A stretch of DNA of 64,000 nt from Deltaproteobacteria bacterium (GTDB taxonomy: Bacteria > Bdellovibrionota_B > Oligoflexia > Oligoflexales > Bog-1112): positions 2,408 through 66,407 of the forward strand of contig CANIBL010000004.1 in assembly GCA_947466225.1 (NCBI GenBank), written 5' to 3'. The translations under genes and the position numbers were made by a program. The notes under the pieces were generated by a model. The model did not search any database, was not told where the DNA came from, and saw nothing but the letters and a program-made list of their open reading frames with translations. Position 1 is the stretch's first letter. The number at the start of each line of letters is the position of its first letter. This document shows, piece after piece, positions 27,677-37,376 of the stretch.

Positions 27677-28921
27677 CTAAAATTTGGCATATAGGTAGAG
27701 GGTCATGGTCAACTCATTGTTTGCCACAGCATTGGTTCCGGCAAACGGAGAGAAGTAATCCACATCGAAAGCCAGGGGCAGGCCATAGCCCAATCCGCTG
27801 GCAGAGGCGCCGCCACCGACCCCTTGCAAAGAGCTCGCAGATTGGGACTCAGAGCCGTCGATGTAGGTCGAGCGTCGTGCGTGATATTGGTAGTAGGTAT
27901 TGACGGCAAGGGCTTTCAATACAGGGGTCAAGGCACCCAATCCATAGTTGGCCTTGAGCATTTCTTTGCTATCCATGCCGCGTTTTTCATACTTCTGGGT
28001 ATTGTCCCCATCGAGTGGGGTTGCTTCATTGAGAAGGTATGGATTTACGCGACTGGCACGTTGTTGTGTGGCAGAGGTAAGGGCATATTCATGCTGACTT
28101 TGGGCAGAGAGCCATAGGCCGAATACCGGGCTGTAGTCAAAGTTGAATCGAAGGCCCCCATCGTAAATTCCACCGCCTACAGAACGTCGAATGGAGCTGT
28201 CGTCAAAGTCTCCGGTTGGGGTACGCAGGCCAAGACCGGAGGAGACCAACATAGAGTCGGTGCGATAGAAGTTATAGAGTAAGCCTACTTCCACATCCCC
28301 AAGGCCCAAATGGCCGTTGGTAGGGGTGGCGCCGCGTAGCACGGTATGATGCAAGTGACTTTGGATGGAACGGTTGGAAGGCAAGACTTCTCCTGTATCC
28401 AAGGGGAATCCGGTGGGGGCATTGCCGTGAGACCGGATATAGTTGATATAGTCTGCTTTTGTAGCCTTCGGCGCCATTTGTTTAAACTGGCTATAGCCTT
28501 TTTCCACCACTTTGTCGAAGGCGCTGTTGTAGGCATCTTGGTACTTTTTAGAATCCGCAAATTGGGCCAAATCCATAGTGGCTTCGTTGTGCACCACGGT
28601 GGGCACCAACATACGAAAGCTCAATCGATCGGTAATCCCATATTCTGCTACAAAGGCGTTGATTTGTACGTTGGTGCGCAAGCCGATGTCTTCTCGTTTC
28701 CCATCAGCACCGTAGTAGTCGCCACCGAATAGGAATTTATCGACAACCCGTACTCGCAATACTTTTTGGGGCAAGGTGTTGCCTTCGGGTACCGCTGCAT
28801 GGGCAAACCGACTTGGTGCTGCTGCTTGAGGCGCTGTGGTGGAGACAACATCGCTGGGCCATGCCATAGCGGGCATATACGTGGTGAAGAATCCCCATAA
28901 GAGGAGTCGCGTGGTTTTCAT
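27677..28921 (-). CDS. Putative outer-membrane beta-barrel protein
   Basis: Signal peptide; AEYGITDRLS, GLGDVEVG, GLRTPTG; amphipathic strands ending in terminal Phe (LYLYAKF). Confidence 0.7.
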   Translation of the reverse strand: MKTTRLLLWGFFTTYMPAMAWPSDVVSTTAPQAAAPSRFAHAAVPEGNTLPQKVLRVRVVDKFLFGGDYYGADGKREDIGLRTNVQINAFVAEYGITDRLSFRMLVPTVVHNEATMDLAQFADSKKYQDAYNSAFDKVVEKGYSQFKQMAPKATKADYINYIRSHGNAPTGFPLDTGEVLPSNRSIQSHLHHTVLRGATPTNGHLGLGDVEVGLLYNFYRTDSMLVSSGLGLRTPTGDFDDSSIRRSVGGGIYDGGLRFNFDYSPVFGLWLSAQSQHEYALTSATQQRASRVNPYLLNEATPLDGDNTQKYEKRGMDSKEMLKANYGLGALTPVLKALAVNTYYQYHARRSTYIDGSESQSASSLQGVGGGASASGLGYGLPLAFDVDYFSPFAGTNAVANNELTMTLYLYAKF

Positions 28922-28997
28922 AAAAAACCCCCTTTTTCAAATCAAAATTGGTTGATACTGCTTCTCGAACCGAAAACGCCAATCTGGGTCCTGTTGC

Positions 28998-29148
28998 TTT
29001 CCGTTGTTTGACACCGCATACAGAAGATGCGGCTAAGCGACATAAGGTGGGAGGTCGCTTGCAGACGGGGTGGCGTCTGAAATTCACAACGGAAACGGTC
29101 ATCGTATCCCGGAGACGGACGATGCAGATGCATAAGCCCCTGTAGGGC
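28998..29148 (-). promoter_or_regulatory. Highly structured leader (four-way junction plus flanking hairpins); candidate cis-regulatory RNA
   Basis: Closing stem TTTCCGTTGT/ACAACGGAAA encloses three perfect hairpins, about 75-175 nt upstream of ATG 28921. Strand is assumed from the downstream gene. Confidence 0.5.
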
Positions 29149-29339
29149 GAATATCAGCTGCTGAGGAGGAGTATAGCTGGGTAGTCCCAAAAATCCAGGG
29201 GAAAGTCATATCCACCTGTAGGTACGAGGCTTTTTGCCAGGAAAAGCGGAGAAATATCAACTGGTTTCTTTTTTCCATTTCATTCAAGGCAATGTTTCTT
29301 TATGGTGGGGGGACTTTCTGCCTTATAAAGGACCTGTGT

Positions 29340-29972
29340 ATGTTGCTTTCTCATCTTTCTGATTACAAAAATATTATCTGGGATTGGAATGGAACGTTAT
29401 TGGATGATGTCCTGGTTACCCTCGACTGTCTCAATACCCAGCTAGGGGTCTCCGGGTTACCTATCTTAGATCTCGATACGATGCGACGCAAATTTCATTT
29501 TCCCGTGGAGTCCTTTTACCGGTCGTTGGATTTTCCGAAGCAAGAGGGGTCTTATGATTATCTGCATCAGGTCTACCATGCCATGTATAAGGATAAACTC
29601 CATGGTGTGTCGCTCTTTGAAGGGCGGCATACGTTGTTGGCTTCTCTGCAAGGGAAAGGCATTACGCAGTATGTCCTCTCTGCTGCCCCACAGGCTCCGT
29701 TAGAGGCATTGTTAGAGCAGTTTGAGATTGCCCCTTTCTTTAGCGCAATTTACGGACTGTCTCATAGTCGGGCGGATAGCAAAGTAGAAAACGGACGTCG
29801 CTTATTGGCTGCGCATCAATTGGTGCCGCAGGATACCATTATGGTGGGAGATACAGACCACGATTTAGAAGTGGGAAAAGCATTGGGGGTGGATGTGCTG
29901 TTACTTGGAGATGGTCACCAGCATCCTGAGCATTTGCAGCGGATTCATCCTCATGTGATGGTTGGGGTTTGA
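29340..29972 (+). CDS. HAD-family hydrolase (phosphoglycolate-phosphatase-like)
   Basis: WDWNGTLLDD, VLSA, SK, MVGDTDHD. Confidence 0.9.
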   Translation: MLLSHLSDYKNIIWDWNGTLLDDVLVTLDCLNTQLGVSGLPILDLDTMRRKFHFPVESFYRSLDFPKQEGSYDYLHQVYHAMYKDKLHGVSLFEGRHTLLASLQGKGITQYVLSAAPQAPLEALLEQFEIAPFFSAIYGLSHSRADSKVENGRRLLAAHQLVPQDTIMVGDTDHDLEVGKALGVDVLLLGDGHQHPEHLQRIHPHVMVGV

Positions 29973-29982
29973 GTTTATTTTT

Positions 29983-30018
29983 CTATATATAGGAGGGCTT
30001 CCCCCCTCCTATATATAG
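29983..30018. terminator. Perfect hairpin between convergent genes; family-A terminal motif
   Basis: CTATATATAGGAGGG-CTTCCC-CCCTCCTATATATAG; the core matches AGGAGGGCGTTCCCCCCTCCT at 36850. Confidence 0.7.
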
Positions 30019-30026
30019 AGTAAAAA

Positions 30027-30233
30027 TTACTCTTCTACATACGGTACATACGGCGCCGATAAGTCGATTCCTTGGGTAGAAATACCCAACAGCTGTAGCC
30101 CGCGCAAAATAGAATCGGGGTCATCTTGCTCGAGACCTCGAAGGAGATCGGGAGAAAAATTTTGGTAAATAAATTCCCGTGTCTTTTTCTCTTCCACGCC
30201 TTTTTTCTGCTTGACGATTTCAGTAAATCGCAT
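30027..30233 (-). CDS. Small hypothetical protein
   Basis: GGAGAGG RBS before ATG 30233; 68 aa. Confidence 0.6.
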   Translation of the reverse strand: MRFTEIVKQKKGVEEKKTREFIYQNFSPDLLRGLEQDDPDSILRGLQLLGISTQGIDLSAPYVPYVEE

Positions 30234-30327
30234 ATCGATCCTCTCCATTGGCCCTGAACATCCAGTCCCTCTTCTTTATGATACGTCAACTCGTATGAAG
30301 GGAGGGCTGGGAAAATTTTTCCGCTTC

Positions 30328-31065
30328 TTAGTACACCCAAAAGTCTGTGAGCAACCCCCCTGCTACCAGTGCGAGTAAGATCCCCCATGTAGAAAGGGGC
30401 TCTCGTCGTAGCACCTGGAAACCAGAGCGACGCAATTGCCCGGCTACCAGCCCCAACGCAAAAAGTACACCGGCTAAAAGTCCCACACCGTGGATACTAT
30501 TGGCAACATGGAGAATTTTTGCTGCACTGAGTAGCCAGCAAGCCATATACCAGAGAAGGAAAAACTGCAAGGTCCCAGGATCAAATTCTTGCGATTCACG
30601 GGGAGAAAATTTTTGATAGGCCCACAAGAATCCCACCATTCCGTAAATAACCCCAGACATTCCAACAAAGTGAGGGCCGATCCATAAGTAGAAGCCCACA
30701 TTGGACAGCACGCTGATCCACAGGAGAGAGAGGAGATATGGTTTGCCTCCAATTTTGTGTTCCACCACATGGCCCAATTGATGCAGCCAGTACATGTTAA
30801 ACAGCAAATGTAGGGGGCCTGCATGGAGAAAGATAGGCGACACTACACGCCAAATTTGTCCGGTGCGAATCTCGGAAAATGCCCCGGCAACAGCCAAAAA
30901 TTGTCGTGGCACATTGGAAAAAGTAAGCCAAGCATATACTGTACCGGTGCTGTCAAAAAGGGGCACCAAGAAGCACAGAACGCAAAGAGCGATCACTTTG
31001 TGCGTCCAGCTTTGTAACCAAGATGCCTCTCCATTGAATGAGGGTAATCGACTGATTCTTTTCAA
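30328..31065 (-). CDS. Rhomboid-family intramembrane serine protease (GlpG-like)
   Basis: WR, FLHAGPLHLLFN, GMSG, ANSIHGVG. Confidence 0.9.
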   Translation of the reverse strand: MKRISRLPSFNGEASWLQSWTHKVIALCVLCFLVPLFDSTGTVYAWLTFSNVPRQFLAVAGAFSEIRTGQIWRVVSPIFLHAGPLHLLFNMYWLHQLGHVVEHKIGGKPYLLSLLWISVLSNVGFYLWIGPHFVGMSGVIYGMVGFLWAYQKFSPRESQEFDPGTLQFFLLWYMACWLLSAAKILHVANSIHGVGLLAGVLFALGLVAGQLRRSGFQVLRREPLSTWGILLALVAGGLLTDFWVY

Positions 31066-31181
31066 GAAAAATTCTCTCCCTGTGGCGACTTGCTCATTTT
31101 CTTCCAGTGCGAACTTCGGTATACTGAGAACATGGATTGCGCGAGTCTTTCCTCTCTATACTTTCTATCTGGTTATACGCA

Positions 31182-32294
31182 ATGAAAAAACAAGATAGCG
31201 CCCACGCTTATTTGAACCTCTCCTATCCTCTCACAGGTCGATTTGTGGGGCAAACTGTATTGGGATTTTTACTGATTCATATGGCAATATGGGGCTTTTT
31301 TGCCTATGTGCATCCCATGGAGTGGAAGATCCTTTTGAATCATTGGGATTCTCGTTGGTACAGTAAGATCATAGAGGGTGGATATACAATTAAAAGTGTT
31401 GCCTTTTATCCCTTATATCCAATGCTGATCAAAGGTCTGTATTGGATGACGAGTGGAGTAGTGCCGCTTTCAATTCTGGGAACCTTGGTTTCGACTTTGC
31501 TCTTTTTGGTTTTTTGCTACAGCATGATCGCATCTCCTGCAGCGGTACCCCTTCGACCTGAGACGCGCTTGGGGTGGTTGTTTTTCTTGTGTTGGCCTGG
31601 TTCTATGATTTTTCATTCTCATCACACGGAATCTCTTTTTTTATGCCTCGCATTTTGGACGTTTCTTTTTGTGCAGCGGAAGAGATGGGTGTGGGCATCT
31701 GTCCTAGCAGGGATCTGTGCACTGACGCGTCCTCATGGGGTTTTGGTTGGCATTGTGGTGGGGTGTTCGGTTGCCATGGATATCCCTGCAGCCTATTATG
31801 GACAGCGCTTGCGTCGGCTCGTGATATCAGGTTGCATCAGCGGCAGTCTGTTTGCCCTATTCCCCTTGTATCAATACATTCAGCTTGGAAATCCATGGCT
31901 ATTTCTCAAGGCCCAATCGTATTGGGCTCATAGCCAGAGCTGGATGGAGTATGTGGCAACCTTTTTCTTTTTAAGCCGCAGGTGTTTTTTTACCTATATG
32001 CAGGTGACACATTACCTTTTTTTCCTTGGCCTTTGGGCTTGGGTTGTGTACTTTTGGAGGAAATATCCTTTTTTGGCACTTTATGTATTTTTGGTTCTCA
32101 TTCTCATACCGGCTCAGTGTGAGGTGATCAACACCTTCCGATTTGGAGCTGTATTGTTTCCGATCTTATTTGTGGCAGGAGATTGGGTTGCGCGACTGCC
32201 TCAACGGGGGATTGGTTTTCTTTTATTGGGGTACTTTGCTGTTCATAACCTGATCATTACGATCAACTATGCGATGGGCAGATGGAGCTACTAA
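31182..32294 (+). CDS. GT-C mannosyltransferase (PIG-V/Mannosyl_trans2-like)
   Basis: WDSRWY..I, AFYPLYP, HTESLF, LTRPHG, AQSYW; many TM segments. Confidence 0.8.
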   Translation: MKKQDSAHAYLNLSYPLTGRFVGQTVLGFLLIHMAIWGFFAYVHPMEWKILLNHWDSRWYSKIIEGGYTIKSVAFYPLYPMLIKGLYWMTSGVVPLSILGTLVSTLLFLVFCYSMIASPAAVPLRPETRLGWLFFLCWPGSMIFHSHHTESLFLCLAFWTFLFVQRKRWVWASVLAGICALTRPHGVLVGIVVGCSVAMDIPAAYYGQRLRRLVISGCISGSLFALFPLYQYIQLGNPWLFLKAQSYWAHSQSWMEYVATFFFLSRRCFFTYMQVTHYLFFLGLWAWVVYFWRKYPFLALYVFLVLILIPAQCEVINTFRFGAVLFPILFVAGDWVARLPQRGIGFLLLGYFAVHNLIITINYAMGRWSY

Positions 32295-32297
32295 GGC

Positions 32298-33452
32298 ATG
32301 GATTTTTCCCATACTGAATTTGCCTTTTCTCGTCTCTCTCCTTTTCAAATGCGCAGGTATGCGCTTCTCTTTCAGCTCTTACAGTATCGAGCCTGGGTAC
32401 AAATTGGCGTTGCTTTTTTGTTGCAGGCGCATAAGTGGAAGCTGCCGATTCATAGGCTGGTAAAACGAAATTTGTTTCAGTATTTTTGTGGGGGCGAAAC
32501 CTTACAAGAGTGTATTTCGGTGCTGGAGACCCTTCGCAGTAAAGGTGTGGGTGCTATTTTGGATTATGCTGCAGAGGCCCAGTCTGGAGAGGTGGCACAT
32601 GCACGTACCTTTTCTCTGTTGCAGCAAACGCTTGCCTTTTGCTCCACCTCTATGGGTCCGGGTTTTTTTGGGGTTTTGAAGTTGAGTGCCCTTTCTGAGA
32701 TGCAAGAGCTGGAGAATTTTGATAGCTGGAAATCGACGCCTGCTTGTGAAACCCTACGGGGGCGACTGCGGCAGCTGGCAACTCAAGCCGAGGCGGGACA
32801 AGGGTCTTTGCTGGTAGATGCAGAGGAGAGTTGGGTTCAAGGGGGGATCGATGCACTGACCCTTGAATTGATGGAAGCATACAATGAGACCCGTGCGGTG
32901 GTGTACATTACTTTACAGATGTATCGGCACGATCGCATGGCGCTGTTGCAGCAGCTGGTGCGACAAGCAACAGAAAAAAACCGATATATCGGCATCAAAT
33001 TGGTGCGTGGCGCGTATATGGAAAAAGAACGCGCACGGGCTGACGCCCAAGGATCCCCTTCACCGATACATGCTACAAAAGCCGATACAGATGCTGCGTA
33101 TGAGGCAGCGTTGGATTTTTGCCTGGCCCATCGAGATCGGGTTTCGGTATTGGTGGCAACACACAATGAGATTTCCACGCAACGGTTTGTCCACCAACTT
33201 TTGGCAGAGGGGATTTCGCCTCAGGACTCTCGATATACCTTTAGCCAGCTATATGGGATGAGCGACCCGATCAGCTTTACCTTGGCGCAGGCTGGATTTC
33301 GGGTGTTCAAGTACATGCCGTATGGGCCTGTGGCGGATGCCTTGCCTTACTTAACGCGGCGGGCGTTAGAAAATTCCGCCATGCGTGGTTCCGCCAATCG
33401 GGAATACCAATGGATCCGGGCCGAAATGGCCCGTAGAAGGAGAGCGAGATGA
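32298..33452 (+). CDS. Monofunctional proline dehydrogenase
   Basis: FCGGE, DAEE, TLQMY, KLVRGAY, ATHN, QLYGMSD, YLTRRALEN. Confidence 0.92.
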   Translation: MDFSHTEFAFSRLSPFQMRRYALLFQLLQYRAWVQIGVAFLLQAHKWKLPIHRLVKRNLFQYFCGGETLQECISVLETLRSKGVGAILDYAAEAQSGEVAHARTFSLLQQTLAFCSTSMGPGFFGVLKLSALSEMQELENFDSWKSTPACETLRGRLRQLATQAEAGQGSLLVDAEESWVQGGIDALTLELMEAYNETRAVVYITLQMYRHDRMALLQQLVRQATEKNRYIGIKLVRGAYMEKERARADAQGSPSPIHATKADTDAAYEAALDFCLAHRDRVSVLVATHNEISTQRFVHQLLAEGISPQDSRYTFSQLYGMSDPISFTLAQAGFRVFKYMPYGPVADALPYLTRRALENSAMRGSANREYQWIRAEMARRRRAR

Positions 33453-34399
33453 GAAGGGGTTGGCTCTGGATCCTAGCGGCAGCGCTATTTTCTTGTGGAT
33501 CTGGCTACGCTAAAGGAAAGGTTTACTTGATCAGTGCGGTCTTTTGGGAGGGGGAACCGCTTGAGGCGGAGAACTGGAGGGCCCTGGCTACATTTCGGTC
33601 CCAGTTTCCGGAAGTGCCCTTGGTGCACTTCTTTACTCCTGTCTATTTCACGCGTCCCGGGGGTACCAGTCTGGAGCTGGCAGAGAAATGGCAAAAGATG
33701 CTGCAGCAATTTCAGATGGATACCCCAGGTATTCAGCTGAGTGGGTGGAAATCGTTGGTAGAAGGGGCTGGGGTTTCTTTTCTTTCAGAGCCGACCTTTT
33801 GGGGTGCTCCCCTGCGTTGTAATCCGGATTGTGGGCATGAGGTTCCCGTTAGCGCCTATAAAGAAGCGGATGGAAAAAAACTCCTGCAATATAGCGTGGG
33901 TGTATTGAAAAACCACGGTATTACCCCCAAAGCCTTTTTGACAGGCGGGCACATGAGTACCGAGGCGCTGACCCAATCTTTACCTGAATTTGGGATTTAT
34001 TCGGATTTTTCTGCCATTGATCCAGAGGTATTGGCCTCTGCTTTTCATCCTTACCCCTGGTATCAAATGGTGCACAATCGATGGGGGGGCGTCTCGCTTT
34101 TTTCTCAACCAAAAAAAATTTCCACTTCAAATGGAGATGTTACGCAGTTTTATCAGACACTTGGACCTATTGATGCTCTGTCCCTTGCCAGCTTTCAGCA
34201 GAGATATAAGGACTTGGCTCTCTCTGACAAGGAGGGGCCTAAGATTCTTTTCTGGGGGTTCCACTTCGAAACCATTGGAAAAAATTTGAATAAGGTGCTA
34301 GAAGCGATGGCTTTCGTTCGGAAGTTTCACCAGGAGACTGGTCTTTCGTGGAAGTCCTTTCAGGCATTGTTGGAGGATGCGGCAGCATTTCCATACTGA
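33449..34399 (+). CDS. Exported polysaccharide-deacetylase-like protein
   Basis: Signal/lipobox LFSC; VFWEG, HFF, AFLTGG and GFHFE resemble a degenerate NodB barrel. Confidence 0.45.
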   Translation: MRRGWLWILAAALFSCGSGYAKGKVYLISAVFWEGEPLEAENWRALATFRSQFPEVPLVHFFTPVYFTRPGGTSLELAEKWQKMLQQFQMDTPGIQLSGWKSLVEGAGVSFLSEPTFWGAPLRCNPDCGHEVPVSAYKEADGKKLLQYSVGVLKNHGITPKAFLTGGHMSTEALTQSLPEFGIYSDFSAIDPEVLASAFHPYPWYQMVHNRWGGVSLFSQPKKISTSNGDVTQFYQTLGPIDALSLASFQQRYKDLALSDKEGPKILFWGFHFETIGKNLNKVLEAMAFVRKFHQETGLSWKSFQALLEDAAAFPY

Positions 34400-34416
34400 T
34401 TGTAGGTGAGGCAGTC

Positions 34417-35223
34417 ATGCACAGTGCGTACGTAGATGTTCATTGTCATTTAACAGAATCTGCGTACGAGTTGGACCTGGCAGCGGTGATCGAGCGTGCG
34501 GCAAGTCGCGGGGTGACCCAGCTGGTGGTCAACGGAGTGGACCCTGCATCCAACCGGAAAATCTTGGAGATGCAACAGCAGTACCCAACGGTACGAGCTG
34601 CTGTGGGGATTTATCCCATTCAAGCGGTGAGTCGGCATCTATCGGAGTTGCCCATGCCCATCGAGGTGTTACAAGACCCTGATGCGGAGATTCGGTTTAT
34701 TGCCGAACAAGCACAAGCGGGTACAATTGTAGCCGTGGGTGAGTGTGGGTTGGATGCCCATTGGTTGGGGCCTGAGACCTTTGCCGAGCAGGAGCGGGTC
34801 TTTCTTGCATTGGTCGATATTGCCAAGCAACAGGATCTGCCGGTGATTGTACACTCTCGGAAGTTAGAGATGCGTACGTATGAGTTGCTGCGACAAGCAA
34901 ATCCTGCGCGTGTGGTGTTTCACTGTTGGGGTGGTCGAGTAAAACAAGCGATAGAAATCGCGCAACTACATCCAGGATGGGCCTTTTCCATTCCTGCGAA
35001 TGCCCGACGAAATGGGGCATTTGAGAAAATGTTGCGTGAGTTGCCGGAGACGTCACTCTTGACGGAAACGGACTCGCCTTATTTGTCTCCGCAGCCTGCG
35101 ACTAGAAATGAACCACAGAATGTGGTAGATACGATTGAATTCCTCGCAGCATTACGTAACTGGAAGGTCGAGACCGCAAAAGACCTGGTGTGGCGTAATT
35201 TTTGCCGTATTTTTGCAACATGA
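34417..35223 (+). CDS. tatD: TatD-family hydrolase
   Basis: DVHCH, VGECGLD, VHSR, FHC, ETDSPY. Confidence 0.9.
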   Translation: MHSAYVDVHCHLTESAYELDLAAVIERAASRGVTQLVVNGVDPASNRKILEMQQQYPTVRAAVGIYPIQAVSRHLSELPMPIEVLQDPDAEIRFIAEQAQAGTIVAVGECGLDAHWLGPETFAEQERVFLALVDIAKQQDLPVIVHSRKLEMRTYELLRQANPARVVFHCWGGRVKQAIEIAQLHPGWAFSIPANARRNGAFEKMLRELPETSLLTETDSPYLSPQPATRNEPQNVVDTIEFLAALRNWKVETAKDLVWRNFCRIFAT

Positions 35224-35280
35224 GATCCATAGCCCCGGCAATTTCGTCTGGCGGGTCCCTTTAACGGAGGTGATGAGAGA

Positions 35281-35730
35281 GTGAAACAGAACATTGGGAT
35301 GCCTGAGCACGCGTTTCAAGGGGTGCATATTTTTGGTGAGTGCTATGGCATTCGTGCTGACTTGCTGAACGATATGGAGAAGCTAAGTTTATGGCTTTCC
35401 AAGGGTATCGAGCGTAGCGGTGCTACGCTGTGCAGTCTGCAACAGAAGCAGTTTTCCCCCTCTGGAGTTACTTTATTGGCGTTGCTGTCAGAATCCCATG
35501 CTTCGATTCACACGTATCCGGAAGAAGGGGCTTTCTTTTTTGATGCCTTTACTTGTGGCCCCATTTGTCGGCCTCAGGAAATTGCCCATTTTTTGATTGA
35601 GCAGTTACAGCCTACCTCCCACCATCTGCAAACAGTGCATCGGGGGCAATTCTCTTCCAGTACTTGGATGGGATCTTCTCCCTTAGTACCAGCAGATCCA
35701 GCTCATTACCCAGCTACAACACTTTCATAA
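35281..35730 (+). CDS. speD: S-adenosylmethionine decarboxylase proenzyme
   Basis: FSPSGVT, LLSESHASIHTYPE, DAFTCG. Confidence 0.92.
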   Translation: MKQNIGMPEHAFQGVHIFGECYGIRADLLNDMEKLSLWLSKGIERSGATLCSLQQKQFSPSGVTLLALLSESHASIHTYPEEGAFFFDAFTCGPICRPQEIAHFLIEQLQPTSHHLQTVHRGQFSSSTWMGSSPLVPADPAHYPATTLS

Positions 35731-35753
35731 AAACCTGAATCCAAAGGTGACCC

Positions 35754-36836
35754 ATGGTGCAGGCAGCAGCTTCTGATGTATTTGCTGTGATTTTGGCAGG
35801 AGGGAGTGGAACTCGGTTTTGGCCTCGCTCTCGTCATCATACCCCAAAGCAACTATGCCGCATCGGGTCAGCCGATCGTACTTTGGTTGAAGGGACATTG
35901 CAGCGGTTAGAGGGATGGATTCCTCCGGAACGCCGCATTTTGGTTACCCATCAGGATCAGCTTGCACAGACGCAAGAAATCTGTGGGGATCGAGTGGGGA
36001 CCTACCTACCTGAACCTAAAGCCTGCAATACGGCCTGCGCTCTTACGTTGGCTGCATTAGAAATTCAAAAAAAGAACCCAACTGGGGTGATGGTTTCGCT
36101 GCATGCCGATCATGTTATCCAGAATCAGGCTGCTTTTCACGCTACATTGGATCGTGCGGTAGAAACTGCGCGTCAATCCTTTCTTACCCTTGTGGGAATC
36201 GTGCCCCAATATCCTGAAACAGGGTATGGCTATATCGAACAAGGCAATCCGCTGTCTGAACATTCCCATGGATTTCATGTGGCCAGTTTTCGGGAGAAAC
36301 CGGATGTGGTCACCGCGACTACCTATGTAGAGAGCGGGCGATTCGTATGGAATTCGGGTATTTTTGTTTGGACCATTTCCACATTTTTAGAAGAGGCACG
36401 TGCCTATATTGGAGAGGTGGTAGCACCGTTAGAAGCAGTGGGAGCACTATTTAATACGGTACCTTTTTCTGCTTGGGAAACTGCGTACAGTCGAACACCT
36501 GCAATTTCTATCGATCACGGGGTCTTAGAAAAGAGCCACCGAATTGCTGTGATACCTGCAACTTTTGATTGGTTGGATGTGGGCAGCTGGGGAGCTATGA
36601 ATCGGGTTACCCCTGGGGATGCAGAGGGGAATCTTCTTTTTGGGGATGGCGTCTTGCTCGATTGTCGCAATACCACCCTCGATACCGATGGGCCGTTTAT
36701 TGCAGGGGTTGGGGTAGAGGATTTGGTTATCGTTGCCTCAAAAGGAGCTATATTGGTGTGCCGCAAGGAGAGGGATCAAGATGTGAAGAAGGTGGTGGAG
36801 TATTTGAAGACCCAGCATCGAAACGAGCTTTTGTAG
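35754..36836 (+). CDS. manC: Mannose-1-phosphate guanylyltransferase
   Basis: ILAGGSGTRFWPRSR..PKQ, ADH, ETGYGYI, FREKP, WNSGIF, WLDVGSW. Confidence 0.92.
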   Translation: MVQAAASDVFAVILAGGSGTRFWPRSRHHTPKQLCRIGSADRTLVEGTLQRLEGWIPPERRILVTHQDQLAQTQEICGDRVGTYLPEPKACNTACALTLAALEIQKKNPTGVMVSLHADHVIQNQAAFHATLDRAVETARQSFLTLVGIVPQYPETGYGYIEQGNPLSEHSHGFHVASFREKPDVVTATTYVESGRFVWNSGIFVWTISTFLEEARAYIGEVVAPLEAVGALFNTVPFSAWETAYSRTPAISIDHGVLEKSHRIAVIPATFDWLDVGSWGAMNRVTPGDAEGNLLFGDGVLLDCRNTTLDTDGPFIAGVGVEDLVIVASKGAILVCRKERDQDVKKVVEYLKTQHRNELL

Positions 36837-36847
36837 TGTTTTTTTAT

Positions 36848-37359
36848 AAAGGAGGGCGTTCCCCCCTCCTTTAGATCCTCCCCCCATTTGTTTGCTGAGT
36901 AAAAGAGAGGGAGAGTTTTTCTCGAGTCAAAGACAAGGCCGGCGCGACGCTTGGCACTCCCCCCCTCTCTCGCAGATAGACCAAAATTACTTTGATTGTA
37001 CATCGGTTTCGCTCGACCCGGGTGGGTCCTCCAAGCTGCTGCCCTTGTCTTTGACTCGAGAAAAACTCTCCCTCTCTTTCAATCTCTGCCTTACGCTAGA
37101 GCCTAGTGCTTTCGAAGCGAGAGACAGGAGAATGCGAGCTCCAGTGAAGGGCAGCAGCTTGGAGGGACCCGACGGGTCGCAAATCGCAGGCCTCGAGATT
37201 GCGGTCCATGACGAGAGCAATATCTGCGATTTCGAGAGTGGGGAGGATCCGACCGTCGCGCCGGCCTTCGCTGGAGCTCGCATTCTCCTGTCTCTTACTT
37301 TGAGGCAGTGGCAAGCAAATGGGGGGAGGATCTAAAGGAGGGGGGGAACGCCCTCCTTT
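36848..37359. mobile_element. Non-autonomous MITE/REPIN-like element A (about 512 bp) with two inverted core modules
   Basis: About 48-bp terminal inverted repeats (36848-36895 / 37311-37359); internal stems 36902-36938/37043-37079 (perfect) and 37121-37150/37265-37294 (one G-T pair). Confidence 0.8.
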
Positions 37360-37376
37360 GGAAAAAGAAAAAACCA

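Noticed and set aside
28998-29095. tRNA gene or known riboswitch
   Set aside because: Cloverleaf-like, but there is no TTC(G/A)A T-loop, no 7-nt anticodon loop and no CCA end; no TPP, FMN, B12 or SAM consensus is visible.
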